This document shows positions 36,198 through 48,681 of a stretch of DNA of 64,000 nt, piece by piece. The stretch comes from Centroscyllium fabricii (lineage: Eukaryota): NCBI GenBank assembly GCA_051313645.2, contig JBNRSN020000011.1, positions 45,880,001 to 45,944,000 of the forward strand, given 5' to 3'. The position numbers were made by a program, and so were the translations under genes. How positions within the stretch are numbered: position 1 is the first letter of the stretch; each line of letters begins with the position of its first letter. The notes under the pieces were generated by a model. It ran no database searches. It was not told the DNA's origin and was given only the letters and a program-made list of their open reading frames with translations.

Positions 36198-37961
36198 AAC
36201 AGATAACTTGATTTGTATCATCAGTACTGAAGTTCCAGTTATCCAGTAAAGCTCACCTGAAGTTACTCTCAGTCTCTGCTGCTTTATTATTTTATGTAGT
36301 TGTGTATAAAGGTACAAACACAACAAATTGGCGACGTGAATTATGAACCTAAGTCTTCCTATTCTGGCACCGCATCCAAACGACAGTGAAACTTGGAAGA
36401 AAGCAGCGAGAAGGCAGCGAGAAGGCAGTGAAAACGGAGCAACACACGCATCGACGGAGTACGCTCGCTAAGCAAGGCAAGGGATACGTAAGTCAAGTGA
36501 AAAGTGCACAGTGACTTGTATGACGCTAACTAACTAGTAAAGAAAGAAAAACGGGTTTGGAACTGAAAAAAAATGGTGATGATTGGCACTATTGCAGCAT
36601 TGAAGACTGGGCAACTTACATTGAAAGAGTGGAGTTGTACTGTGAGGCTAACTGAGTGGAGGTATAAAAGAAAGTCACTGTTTTGCTGAGTGTTATGGGT
36701 GCAAAGACATATGGGCTGTTATGTAATTTATTAACCCCTGAAAAGCCAGCTAACAAAACATTCAAACAAATAGTGGACACACTCCAAGACCATTTAAGCC
36801 CCAAACCACTGGTCATAGCTGAAAGATTTAAATTCCACAAATGGAACCGGAGCAAAAATGAAAGCATTTCTGAATATTTTGTAGAGTTGCGCAAATTATT
36901 AGAACATTGTCAATTTGGAGTGGGCGCCTATCAGACGCATTGAGGGACCGATTAGTGTGTGGCATGCGCAATGAAAGCACACAAAAGAAGCTCCTCTCTG
37001 AAAAAGACCTCACATTGGAGAAGGCTCTGACCATTGCAATATCAATGGAAACAGCAGCACGTGGCGCTTTAGAGATACAACAAAAATCCCTGGAATATGC
37101 AACTAATAAAATGTCACTGAAACAAGGAAAGAGGTGTTACCGCTATGGCAAAATGTCACATGACAACAATGACTGTTGGTTCAAAGACAAAGAGTGCAGG
37201 AAATGCGGCAAACAAGGGCACATTGAAAGAGTATGCAAAGCAAATAAAAAGCAGAAAACTGATAAAATACCAAGTAACAAGAAACCTTTCAAAGGAAAAT
37301 ACAAAAAGGTACACAAGGTGACTGAAAACCGTTCAGATGAAAAAGGAAGTGACACCGACTCAGAGAAAGATGATTTGGCTTGTCTGAAACTACACAGTGT
37401 GAAAGAGACAGAGGATTGCAGAATAATCTGGATTACTCCAGAAGTGGCAGGAGTTAGGCTGAAAATGGAGTTGGACACAGGTTCAGCTTTAGCAGCGATC
37501 TCTACATGACTGCAAATGACTGTTTTCACACATACCGCTAAACCACATTAAGTACTGTTAAAGACATACACAGGACAAAGAGTGTGCCCCAAAGGTAAAA
37601 TAAAAGTGACCATGACATACAAAGACAAAACACAGCAACTGAACCTCTATGTACTGCAAAATGGAGGATCACCATTGCTGGGACGCGAATGTCTCAGGAA
37701 AATGCAGTTGGATTGGCACACCATCCAAGCACTGTTTGTGTCAGCAAAGGAGGACAGCAACGCCAGCCCTGTGAGACTGTCGCAAATACTCTCTGACTCT
37801 CAGGAAGTGTTCAAGAAGGGAATAGGAACACTTAAGGGCATGAAAGCAAAAATTAAGATTGAGGAGAACGCAAATCCAAAGCTTCACAAGGCCAGACCAG
37901 TGCCTTATGCAATTCGCCCTTCAGATGAAGCAGAGCTGGAGAACTTGGAGCAGACAGGGGT

Positions 37962-39083
37962 CAGTGTTGGGAAAGTTCACACTTAACAAGAGCTAGCTCA
38001 ACGTTCAGTTCAATCATTTTTAAATGAACTAGTTCAAGTTCATAGTTCATAATTTTGAATTTTGAACTTAAGTTCGCAGCTCAAAAATGAACTCGTTCAA
38101 AGTTCGTTTTTTTTTCTTTTCTTCTAATGCGCTGCCCCGAGCTATTATTTTTCAATAGAACATCCTCTTATCCATCCACTGACAGCCCCCAATCATTGCT
38201 ACAGCCCATTAAAGAATAATAGAAGCTGATTACTTTATAAGTTTTATCACTGAATCATTGTGTCAGTAGTTTCCTGTGGGGTAGAGTCAGTTTGGAGCAA
38301 TGCAAATTATGAAGCAGGAGGAACAAATATCCGATATAGAGAACTGTCTGTATGTATATACACAGGCTGAGTATATAGGGTGGCATGGTGGCACAGTGCT
38401 TAGCACTGCTGTCTCACAGCACTGGAGACTTGGGTTCAAATCCAGCCTCGGGTACTATCTGTGTGGAGTTTGCACATTCTCCCCGTGTCTGCGTGGGTTT
38501 CCTCCGGGTGCTCCGGTTTCCTCCCACAGTCCAAAGATGTGCGGGTTAGGTTGATTGGCCATGAAAAATTGACCCTTAGTGTTAGGGGGATTGAATATGT
38601 GGGGTTAGTGGGATATGTGTCAGTGTAGGCTCAATAGGGATATGGGGAGAGGGCAGGGGCGGGTTACAGGGTTTGGATGATCAGCTGATCTCATTGAATG
38701 GTGGAGCAGGCTTGAATGGCCTACTCCTGCTCCTATCTTTCTAAAGAGGCAAGAGAGAGAGAGAGAGAGTTTTGCAAAAAGCCCCGCAGAGCACTCAGTA
38801 CAGGCGAGAGAGCAATGAGATGAGATGAGATCAGCCAGCAGGTCCGGCACACTCACCGTCCCGATGGCTTCAGGAGATGCCAGCAGCGATTCAGACTCGT
38901 GGAGACGATCTGCGCATGCGTTTGGCGTCACAAAGCGCGAGAGCGCCGCTCACACCCTCCAAACTGAGCGACGCTCACGTTTTCGCTCAGGCTGCTGGGA
39001 AAGAGCGCGCTCATTCAGCGTTCATGAAAATGTGAACGCGCTCGTGAACGCCCGCTCATTTAGCGCGCTCACGGCCAACACTG
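37962..39083. mobile_element. Non-autonomous hAT DNA transposon inserted in Gypsy-C pol
   Basis: TIRs CAGTGTTGG/CCAACACTG and perfect 8-bp TSD ACAGGGGT (37954-37961, 39084-39091). Subterminal GTTCA repeats on the left and CGCTC repeats on the right. Confidence 0.92.
38378..38743 (+). mobile_element. HE1-type V-SINE (long-tail variant) inside the hAT element
   Basis: Same head, V domain and tail as 12990-13384. Confidence 0.88.
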
Positions 39084-42000
39084 ACAGGGGTCCTGTCCAA
39101 GGTGGATTGGAGTGAATGGGCCATACCTATAGTTCCAGTGATGAAGAAAACCTCCAGCACAAAACCAGGAAAACCAAGAAAAGTGCACATCTGCGGAGAC
39201 TTTAGAATGACTGTTAACCCAGTCCTCCACACAGTACAGTCCCCATTGCCTCGCATTGAGGACATCTTTGCTTCCCTGTCAAAAGGGGAACGCTTCGCAA
39301 AGATTGACTTGACCCAGGCCCATATCCAAATGGAAATTGATGTTGCATCAAAGAAGTACCTGACAATAAATACGCACAAAGGCCTTTACCAGTACAATCG
39401 GCTGGCATTCGGAATAGCATCAGCTCCTGCAATCTAGCAAAGGGCAATGGACCAAGTCCTGCAGGGGATCCCAGGTACTCAGTGTTATCTTGATGACATC
39501 ATCATTACTGGCAAGAATGACAATGACCACCTTTCCAACCTCGAACAGGTGCTTATCAGGTTACGGGAGTATGGGCGCCGAGCTAACCGAGACAAGTGTG
39601 AGTTTTTCAAAAAGAAAATCTTATACTGTAGACATGTGATTGACAAGGACGGTTTACACAAGTCTCCAGACAAGATTGAAGCTGTGATTAATGCACCCAC
39701 ACCTGAAAATGTGTCTCAGTTGAGATCATATCTTGGACTGGTGAACTACTATCACAAGTTCTTGCCCAACCTATCCACTAAATGCACTGCTACAGACAGG
39801 TGCACAATGGAAGTGGAGTGACAGCTGTGAACAAGCTTTTCAAGAGAGTAAAAGACTCATTATTTCAGAAGAGGTGCTAGCTCACTTTGACCCATCCTTA
39901 CCTATTCGACTGGCATGTGATGCTTCACCCCATGGCATTGATGCCATGTTGTCACATAAGTTCCCAGATGGCTCAGAAAGACCAATAGCCTTTGCCTCAA
40001 GATCATTGACTACAGCGGAACGCAATTATGCACAGATTGACCGAGAGGCCCTCAGCCTTGTGTGGGAAGTCAAGAAATTCAACCACTATTTGTATGGTCA
40101 TAAGTTTACACTGATAACTGACCACAAGCCTCTCGTTTCAATCTTCAACCCAAGGAAAGGCGTTCCAGTGATGACGGCACAACGGCTGCAGCGATGGTCA
40201 CTCTTCCTCGGGGCTCACCTGTATGACAAGGGGACCAAGCAACATGGCAATGCTGATGGGTTGTCACGTTTACCACTGCTGACCTCAGAGAACTACAACA
40301 GTTGACTCAGCAGAGGTATTTCACACAACAATAGTTGAGCAGCCACCAGTGACAAACTCCCTCATTGAAAGAGAAACATGCAATGACCCTACATTGTCAA
40401 AAGTTTATGACATCACTGTGAAGGGATGGCCAGTGCATTGGTGACTCATTGTTTCCAGCATTCTCAGCTAGGAGGGAGCAGTTATGTGTGTCGGGGAATG
40501 CTAATGTGCGGCTCACGAGTTGTGATTCCTCCCAAGCTTCGTAACCGAGTACCAGATGAACTTCATGAAGGCCACTTAAGTACGGTAAAGATGAAAAACC
40601 TTGCCCGTGGATACGTGTGTGGTGGCCGGGAATTGACAAACAGATCGAGGACCTGACAGAGCTGCTTAGGATGTCAAAAGGTCCAGTGTGGGACAGTCAG
40701 TTCTTGCTCATGATTTCCGGACAGAAAAGTGGCAATCAGGGGCAATATCCACAAGAGATGGACCACTGATGTATACTGTGGATGCGGGAGAGAAAATTTT
40801 GAGACGTCATGTGGACCAAATTCTGGATGTTCAGGTGAAAAACACCCCTATACCTCACCCAGACTCACCTGACATGGAAACAGACACTCCTGATTCATCA
40901 GCATCAGCACCAGCCTCATCCACAGCTGAGAGCTCTACCTGTGCTGATAGCTCATTTGATGTACCTGTACCTGTACCTGTACAGTCTCATTCCCCAAAGC
41001 AAATGAGTCTGGAGAGATGTTACCCAGAGTGGCAGAGAAGGCCTCCCCAGACACTTGAGTTGTAAAAGGGCTGTTGACAAAATAAAATGTTATGTTAGAA
41101 TTTGAATTCGGTTACTTAAAGGTTACTGTAAAGACAGGCTCTGTATGTTAATTATAGAAATTTTGTGTTAATGTACTATTAAACTAAAGGGAGAGGAAGT
41201 GTAATGTATACAACAGAGACAATGGCAGGCGCTGTTCTAGTGGAGCCAATGGCAGGCTCTGTTCTATGTAACAGACCACTTGATTTGTATCATCAGTACT
41301 GAAGTTCCAGTTATCCAGTAAAGCTCACCTGAAGTTACTCTCAGTCTCTGCTGCTTCATTATTTTCTGTAGTTGTGTATAAAGGTACAAACACAACACCT
41401 CGGATGCAGATCATCCGTTCCTTGGGATTTATCAATTTTCAATCTCATTAATTTTGCTAGTACTGTTTTTTTACTAATAATTTCTGTTCCTCATTCTCGC
41501 CACACCCTTGGTTTTCTCGTATTTCTGGGAGTTTTTTTGTGCCTTCCTCTGTGAAGACAAACAAAATATTTATTTAATTTCTCGGCCATTTCCTCATTCC
41601 CCATTATAAATTCTCCCATCTCTGACTGTAACTGACCTACATTTACCTTCGTAAGTCTTTTCCCTTTCACATACCTATAGAAGCTTTTACAATCCATTTT
41701 TATATTTTTTGCTAGTTTGTGCTCATATTCCATTTTCCCTTTCTTTAACAATTTCTTGGTCCCCCTTTGCTGATTTTTAAAAAGATCCCAATCCTCAGGC
41801 TGACCGCTTTTTCTGGCAACTTTATAAGCTTCCTCCTTTGACTTAATACTGGCTTTAATTTCTTTTGTTAGCCATGGTTGCATCACTTTCCTTTTGGTTT
41901 TTATGCCCTAGAGGAATGTATGTTTGTTGCAAATTATACATTATTTCCTTGAATGTTAGCCATTGTATGTCCACCTTCATACCTTTTAGTGTAGTCTCCC

Positions 42001-42875
42001 AATCTACCATGGCCAACTTGTCCCTCATACCCTTGTAGTTTCCTCTGTTTAGATTGAAGACCTTGGTTTCAGATTGGACTACATCACTCTCAAACTTAAT
42101 ACGAAATTCAATCATATTATAGTCACTTGTCCATAAAGGCTCCTTTACCACAAGATTATTGATTAGCCCTTTCTCATTACACAGTAGCAGATCCATCCAG
42201 AATCGCCTGTTCCCTGGTTGGTTCCTCCACATACTGATCCAGGAAACCATCTCGCATGCATTCCAAGAATTTGTCCTCCACACCATTAGTGGTACTTTGA
42301 TTTGCCCAGTCAATATGTAGATTAAAGTCCCCCCATGATTACCGTATTGCCCTTGTTACATGCACTTCTAATCTCTTGATTGATACTGTGCCCTACATTG
42401 CCACGACTGTTAGGTGGCCTATACACAACTCCCACTAATGTTTTCCGCCCTTTGCTGTTTCTTAGCTCCACCCAAACTGATTCCAGTGCTACATCACGAT
42501 TGGAGAATTACAAAGAAGCACAAGGCGACCAGGAATAGCAAGCCCCCTAAGCAAGTGAATGGAATATTCCACTAAAGAGTAACGTGAGCCCACATCCTAT
42601 CTTCCTCTTCGCAACCACTTTTAATAAGGCTGTAGGTAGTCACATGGTGAGTAAGGAGGCTGCTAGAAAATGAGCAGTAATCCAGGGTGACTTTAATTAT
42701 CTAGTAATAAATGAATTTACTGGGGTGGGGATCATGTGGATCTGGACATCAGAGAAGATCTGATGTTTGATTCAGCAGCAAATTGAAAATAGACCATTGT
42801 TTTCAGACAGAAACATTTTAACAGCTGTTTGACACACTGATGGTTAGTGGCAAGAACAATAGAATTTGATGCAAC

Positions 42876-45275
42876 AACAGAAAATGCTGGAGAAACTCAG
42901 CAGGCCAGGCAGCATCGGCGGAGAGAGGAGCAGAGTTGACGTTTGAGGTCGATGACCTTTTTTTAAAACTAGAGAGGCCGGGAGGGGGATAGATTTAAAG
43001 CTTGTGGGGGATAGATTTGAAGCTTGTGGGGGCTGGGGAAAGGGGGAGGGGCTGAACGAACAAAGGAAAGATCAGCGACAGGCTGGAAGGTGGGGGAAGG
43101 CGAGAGATATTCGGAGAAACACAGGATGGCTCAGAATAGGTGTGAACAGCTTTAGCAGAGTAAAGAAAAAAGCCCAGACGAAAGTGTACATTGAAAAAAG
43201 AGCGAAAATATATATATGTAAAAAAATGTGGTGGGGCTGAGGTTATGATCTAAATTTGTTGAACTCTGTTTAGTCCAGAGGGCTGTAGCATGCCTAAGCG
43301 AAAGATGAGGTGCTGCTCCTCGAGTTTACGCTGGGCTTCTGTGGAACAATGCAGCAGGTCACAGTCAGTGAGGTCTGAATGGGAGTGGAATGGAGAATTA
43401 AAGTGACAGGCCACCAGGAGCTCTGGGTCCCCCTTACGGACTGAATGGAGGTGTATCGCGAAGCGGTCACCCAATCTGTGTTTGGTCTCCCCGATTGTAG
43501 AGGAGACGACATCGTGAGCAGCGAATACAGTATACTAAATTGCAGGAAGTACACGTAAATCGCTGTTTCACGTGGAAGGGGTGTTTGGGGCCCTGGACAG
43601 TGGAAAGGGGGAGGTATAAGGGCATATGGTGCATCTCCTACGCTTGCACGGGAAGGTGCCAGGGGAAGGGGTGCTGGGGGTGCTGGAGGAGTGGACTAGG
43701 GTGTCGTGGAGGGAGCAGTCCCTATGGAATGCGGAAAGGGGAGGTGATGGGAAGATGCATTTGGTGGTGGGATCACGCTGGAGGTGCCGGAAATGGCAGA
43801 GGATGATCCGCTGAATGTGGAGGCTGGTGGGGTGATGGGTGACGACAAGGGGAACTCTCTCGTAGTTTCGGGAGGGAGAGGCAGGGGTGAGGGCAGAAGT
43901 GCAGGAGATAGAACGGACACGGTCGAGGGCCATGTCAACCACAGTAGAGGGGAATCCTCAGTTGAGGAAAAAGGAAGACGTGTCGGAAGCACTGGTGTGG
44001 AAGGTGGCATCGTCGGAGCAGATGCGGCGGAGACGGAGAAACTGGGAAAATGGAATAGAGGCCTTACAGGAGACGGGGTGGGTGGAAGTGTAGTCCAGGT
44101 AGCTGTGGGAGTCGGTGGGCTTGTCGTGAATGTTGGTCAATAACCTATCCCCAGAGCTGGAGACAGAGAAGTCGAGGAAGGGAAGGGAAGAGTCGGAGAT
44201 GGACCATGTGAAGGTGAGGGACGGGTGGAATCTGGAAGCAAAGTGAAAGAAATTGTCTAGTACAGGGTGCGAGCAGGAAACGGCACTGATACAGTCATCA
44301 ATGTACCGGAAAAAGAGGTGAGAATCATAGAATCATAGAAGATAGGAGATAGGAGCAGGAGTAGGCCATTCAGCCCTTCGAGCCTGCTCCGCCATTCAAT
44401 GAGATCATGGCTGATCTTTAGCAAGCTAGTACCCCGTCCCCGCCTTTTCTCCATAACCTATAGAATCATAGAAGATTCATAGAATCATAGAGGGAGGGGA
44501 CCCGAGTAGGACTGGAACAAAAGGTGTTCCACATATCCCATGAAAAGGCAGGCATAGCTAGGACCCATACGGGTATCCATAGCAACACCTTTGATTTGGA
44601 GGAAATGAGCGGAGTCAATGGAGAAGTTGTTCAATGTGAGAACAAGTTCAGCCAGGCAGAGGAGGGTGGTAGTGGATGGGGACTGGTTGGGCCTCTGTTC
44701 AAGGAAGAAGCGGAGTGCCCTCAAGCCATCCTGGTGGGGGATGGAGGTGTAGAGGGATTGTACGTCCATAGTGAAAAATAGGTGGTTGGGGCCAGGAAAC
44801 TGGAAACTGTTACAAGTGGTGGAGGGCGTCGGAAGAGTTGCGGATGTAGGTGGGAAGAGACTGGACAAGGGGAGAAAAAATAGAGTCGAGATAGGAAGAG
44901 ATGAGTTCCGTGGGGCAAGAACAGGCTGAAACGATGGGTCTACCAGGGCAGTCCTGTTTGTGGATCTTGGGAAGGAGGTAGAAACAGGTTGTGCGGGGTT
45001 GGGGAACTATGAGGTTGGCGGCCGTAGCGGGGAGATCTCCAGAGGAGATGAAGTCAGTGACAGTCTTGGAAACAGTGGATTGATGTTTGGTAGTGAGGTC
45101 ATGGTCCAGGTGGAGGTAGGAGGAGGTGTCGGAGAGTTGGCGTTCAGCTTCCGCTAGGTAGAGGTCGGTGCGCCAAACAACAACAGCACCACCCTTGTCA
45201 GCTGGTTTAATGACAATGTCGGGGTTGGATCTAAGCGAATGGAGTGCAGCGAGTTCAGAGGGAGGTAAGTTGGAG
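42876..45275 (-). mobile_element. Penelope-like element, 5'-truncated (RT, GIY-YIG endonuclease, pLTR)
   Basis: MDVQSLYTSIP, GVAMDTRMGPSYACLFM, RYIDD, KPTDSHSYLDY..HP...SIPFSQFLRLRRICS, VYCIRC, RKLEEQHLIFRLG. Degenerate hammerhead near 42930-42970. Confidence 0.9.
44321..44487 (-). mobile_element. Short CR1-tail insertion within (AGAATCAT)n, interrupting the Penelope RT
   Basis: GGAGCAGGAGTAGGCCATTCAGCCC...GATCATGGCTGATC flanked on both sides by ATAGAATCATAGAA. Confidence 0.7.
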
Positions 45276-46374
45276 TTTGATTGATAGAATTTGATGACTG
45301 CAATTCAAAAAAACAATACTATGAAGGACAAACAAGCAAAGATTAAATTGGAGATATTAGAAGATAAAGAACTTTAGAAAAACATCATATGTGACAAAAG
45401 CACAGTTTTCATCCTGTGTCAAATAGGCGAAATCCTGTTTTATTCAATGGGGCTTCAGATGCAGAGTGAATGTGAATTAACAATTGACTTGTTTTGTAAA
45501 AATAGTACTTCTGTTTTAGTGTCTAAGGAATGGCCAATACACACAACTGTCCTGATTCATTCAGAGAGGAGCTATCTTGAAAACCCAGGTAGAATGGTTT
45601 ATATGTTAATCAGTCTGGAGGCGGAAGCTCAATGGCATGTCCTAATCTCAGACACAAGAATGCTTTTCAATTCCCAGTATATATCATAGGCTGCAAATTT
45701 ACAGGTGAAATTCATGATTTCAAATGGCTGGAATGTTGAGAGCTTAGTTCTAATGCAAATAGACTATCTGATATCCATTTTAAAAGATAGAGATAATTAC
45801 CATCTTAACTCTAACCATTGAGAAGAATTTGATCATAAAATATGTCTGGTTTCGCATGGAAAATAAAGACAAATAATTGAGTAACTGGGTGGGTAGTGTA
45901 GAGCTCAGAAATGAGTTCAGATCCCACCATGACTAGTTGTGAAATTGAATTCAATAAAATCTGCTAATTTGTGGGCTAGAATCTTAAATTAAATGACCAT
46001 AAAAGGAACAGGATCATCATATCTTAAAAAAAACACATCTGGTTCACTAACTTGAATAATTAAATTTGGTTTCTATCTCTGCAACTATTCACCAGCAAGA
46101 AACAAGTAAAAATAAATTGGTGGGGCAGAGGTCCAAGACATTAAAGAACTTTCTGAGGCAAAATAGAGAGAATTTTACTCTGCATCTGCTCTGTGCTGTA
46201 TCTAACATGGAAGTGCTTGACGTTGAAGCAGGATGGACAAAGTAGTACGCACTGACATCCGAGGCATTGTGTGCAAAGGTTCACCACCAAACTAGTGTCT
46301 TTCATTTTTAAAAAGAGCAAGGAAAATGGGGCACACTTTCACAATTAGGAAACAGCCAGCTAAGGGAGACATCA

Positions 46375-46980
46375 GAAAGAAAGAACTTGCATTTCTATAG
46401 CGCCTTTCACAACCTCTGGACATTCCAAAGTGCTTTATAGCCATGTCGTAAAACGCGACTTCCGGAATAACTTCGGAAGAGTAACTGGTTGGCCAGCTGA
46501 GGCCGCCGACCAGGGAGTATAAATCGTTGGGCATGGGCCCACCTTGGATAGAGACAACCTGAAACCAGAAAGCAAGTGACTGTTAACTAGCTCTCTCTTT
46601 ATGTTGTGTTATAAGTCAAATAAAGTCTTGCTTTATATTCACCAAGAGCTTAGTAAGTCTTTATTATGTCAAGCCTATTGACCACTTTTGACGTGTAGTC
46701 ACTGTAGTAATGTAGGAAATGCAACAAACAATTTGCACACAGCAAGCTCCCACAAACCGAAATGAGATAGATGAAATTATTATTTCTGCACAGGTTTGAT
46801 CAGAGAGATCAATGCCTATCTGCTAAATTGTGAGGGATCGCCCATGTAAGCATGACATTAGATTCAATCCCCTGGCAAAGGAGGCAAGCGTAATTTCATT
46901 CGTTTTTAATGAGTTTGGTTGAGGGCTTACTATTGGCCAGGACACCATGAGAATTCTGCAGTTCCTCTTCGAATAGTGCC
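46375..46980 (-). mobile_element. DeuSINE fragment carrying two insertions
   Basis: SINE tail and Deu sequence resume after 46444-46671 and after 46786-46899. Confidence 0.7.
46444..46671 (+). mobile_element. Solo LTR
   Basis: TG...CA ends, TATAAA and AATAAA, 5-bp TSD AGCCA/AGCCT (one mismatch). It interrupts a SINE. Confidence 0.7.
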
Positions 46981-48560
46981 AAAGGTTTTGGAGGATTCTC
47001 AAAATTCCCAAATCTCCCACAGTTATTAATAAGGAAACCCTGAAAGGATATCTTTTAGACTCTGAAGAAAAAGGCTGCAAGTTTAAAGAGAGGCCATGCA
47101 GGCCCATGCCAAGGTCAAAGTGCTTGAGACTTGACATGCCTGGATGTAGGAAACCACCCTTGAAACCCAGACAAGTGGGTGAAGACACAATATACACTTC
47201 AAACAATCGACTCAGGAGATGACCTCAGCTTGCAGACTTAAAGCCCATTAAATCGCTCACCATTCAAACTGACCATCAAGTCAGGAAAACAGCGATTAAA
47301 GTTATGCATAAACAAACATCCCAGACCTTAAAGACAATTCAAACCAGTTACCAGGCCAGGAAGACATCGTTTCACATCTTGCAGGACAATACACCCAAGA
47401 CATTAAGGCCATTAAGTAACGAGACAACCGCCCCAAAACCAGTTAAGGTGAATGGCCATAATCACCTTAACTAGCCCTGATTTGGCACGCAGATATGGAA
47501 CATGAAATTAGTATAACTGCAGGCCCAACCGTAACCAAGCAAGCAATCGGAAAGCTAGGATGATGCAAGCATTTGGGCAGGAGAGCAAAGCAAGCATTGG
47601 AACAAAGCAGGTGAAAACCGATTTTGAAGAGAGAAGAAGCGATTGTGGGCAAGCATTCGGGCGGTCGAGAGCTTAATCCTCAAAAGAGACAACAGAAAGA
47701 CTGACGAAACATCACGACGAAGAGGACACGGTGGGGCAGGCCCAACCAAAGATGACAAGGCTGCAACCGCAGCCCTACATGAGGACCGACCACGAGCACC
47801 GCGGTAAAAAGGAGCCGGGTAAATCATACCTTTTAGATCTTTTCCACCATCAGGTAACGATCTAGGTCACCGCGACCGAACCAACACCGAAGACTGCCAA
47901 CCGCACCCCAACCACGACTAAATCGACAACCAGACTACCACCAGAAGAACAAAACCCGAAGTTTCCACTCTACAATATAAAGTACCCAGTGAAGACATTA
48001 CTCTCCCTACTGCTAACGGAGAAAAGTGGGTACTCACCAGATAAATCCATAACCGCGCCCAACCGCATCAGCGAACTCCACCCAACTGAAGGAGCTTGTG
48101 CAGGTTCTAAGAGTGAGACCACGTGGAGACGGCAGGCCCCAAAGGGTACAAAGAGCGAACCCCAAAACGCAACCGGCTTTAACAAAATTCTTGTTGGTGA
48201 GCATGAGCCCTAGTTTCTCTAGTGCAATTTAGTTAGGTATTGGGGGTGGGACAATGGTAAGGGGATTATTAAATGTGATTTTTCCCTCGTTGTGCCATGT
48301 GTTCCCCATTCCCAATCCATGTACTTCTGAGTGTTTGTAATTATTCCTGTAATTTAAGTAATTTCTCTCTGTTATAATTTGATTTGTGACTCTAAATAAA
48401 AGCAGTTTTCTTGCACCAAACCGGTTGCCTACTCCAATTTTGTATCACAAATCTGTACCTAAGTCCAGTGTCTAGAACCTCCGGGGTGTGGGAGCAATTC
48501 GAACCGCTCAGACAGTTAGAGGCAAAGCTGATCCACAGGCCACCCCCTGCAGTTTGCCAA
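46981..48560 (+). mobile_element. Putative long LTR-like element (about 1.6 kb), unclassified
   Basis: A-rich, CpG-retaining noncoding block with ATATAAA (about 47975), AATAAA (about 48394) and an end at ...TTTGCCA. It truncates the SINE. No TSD found. Confidence 0.35.
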
Positions 48561-48681
48561 ACTTTTTTTTAAAAAGGAAAAGAACTGTACTCGACGTGTA
48601 AATGCAAGTACTGGGATGTGGGCAGACTGACTGGGTTTTTGACTAAACACAGATTCTGTTTGATGCAAATAATTTACCCAG

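Larger units (their letters stand above)
36047..41397 (+). mobile_element. Decayed Mag-like Gypsy LTR retrotransposon (Gypsy-C), related to Gypsy-A
   Basis: LTRs 36047-36325 and 41200-41397, PBS TGGCGACG at 36329, PPT 41186-41199, TSD CCTGG/CCTCG. Fragmented gag-pol (LDTGS, YLDD, LACDAS, MTAQRLQRWSLFLGAH). Integrase DDE core deleted near 40686. Confidence 0.93.
29538..42485 (-). mobile_element. CR1 LINE ORF2 split into three pieces (29538-30743, 35727-36046, 41398-42485) by two Gypsy insertions
   Basis: (TTCTTATG)n tail at 29538; KFADDTKL; LLEFFEDVT|SRVDKG joined across Gypsy-B; NYRPVSLTSVVGK; endonuclease end (DLLLCNEKGLI...SDYNMIEF) at 41855-42485. Confidence 0.9.

Noticed and set aside
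42930-42970. Functional hammerheads at 42930, 53540, 56045 and 56900
   Set aside because: The core CUGANGA or GAAA is mutated in each, so they are treated as degenerate pLTR remnants.
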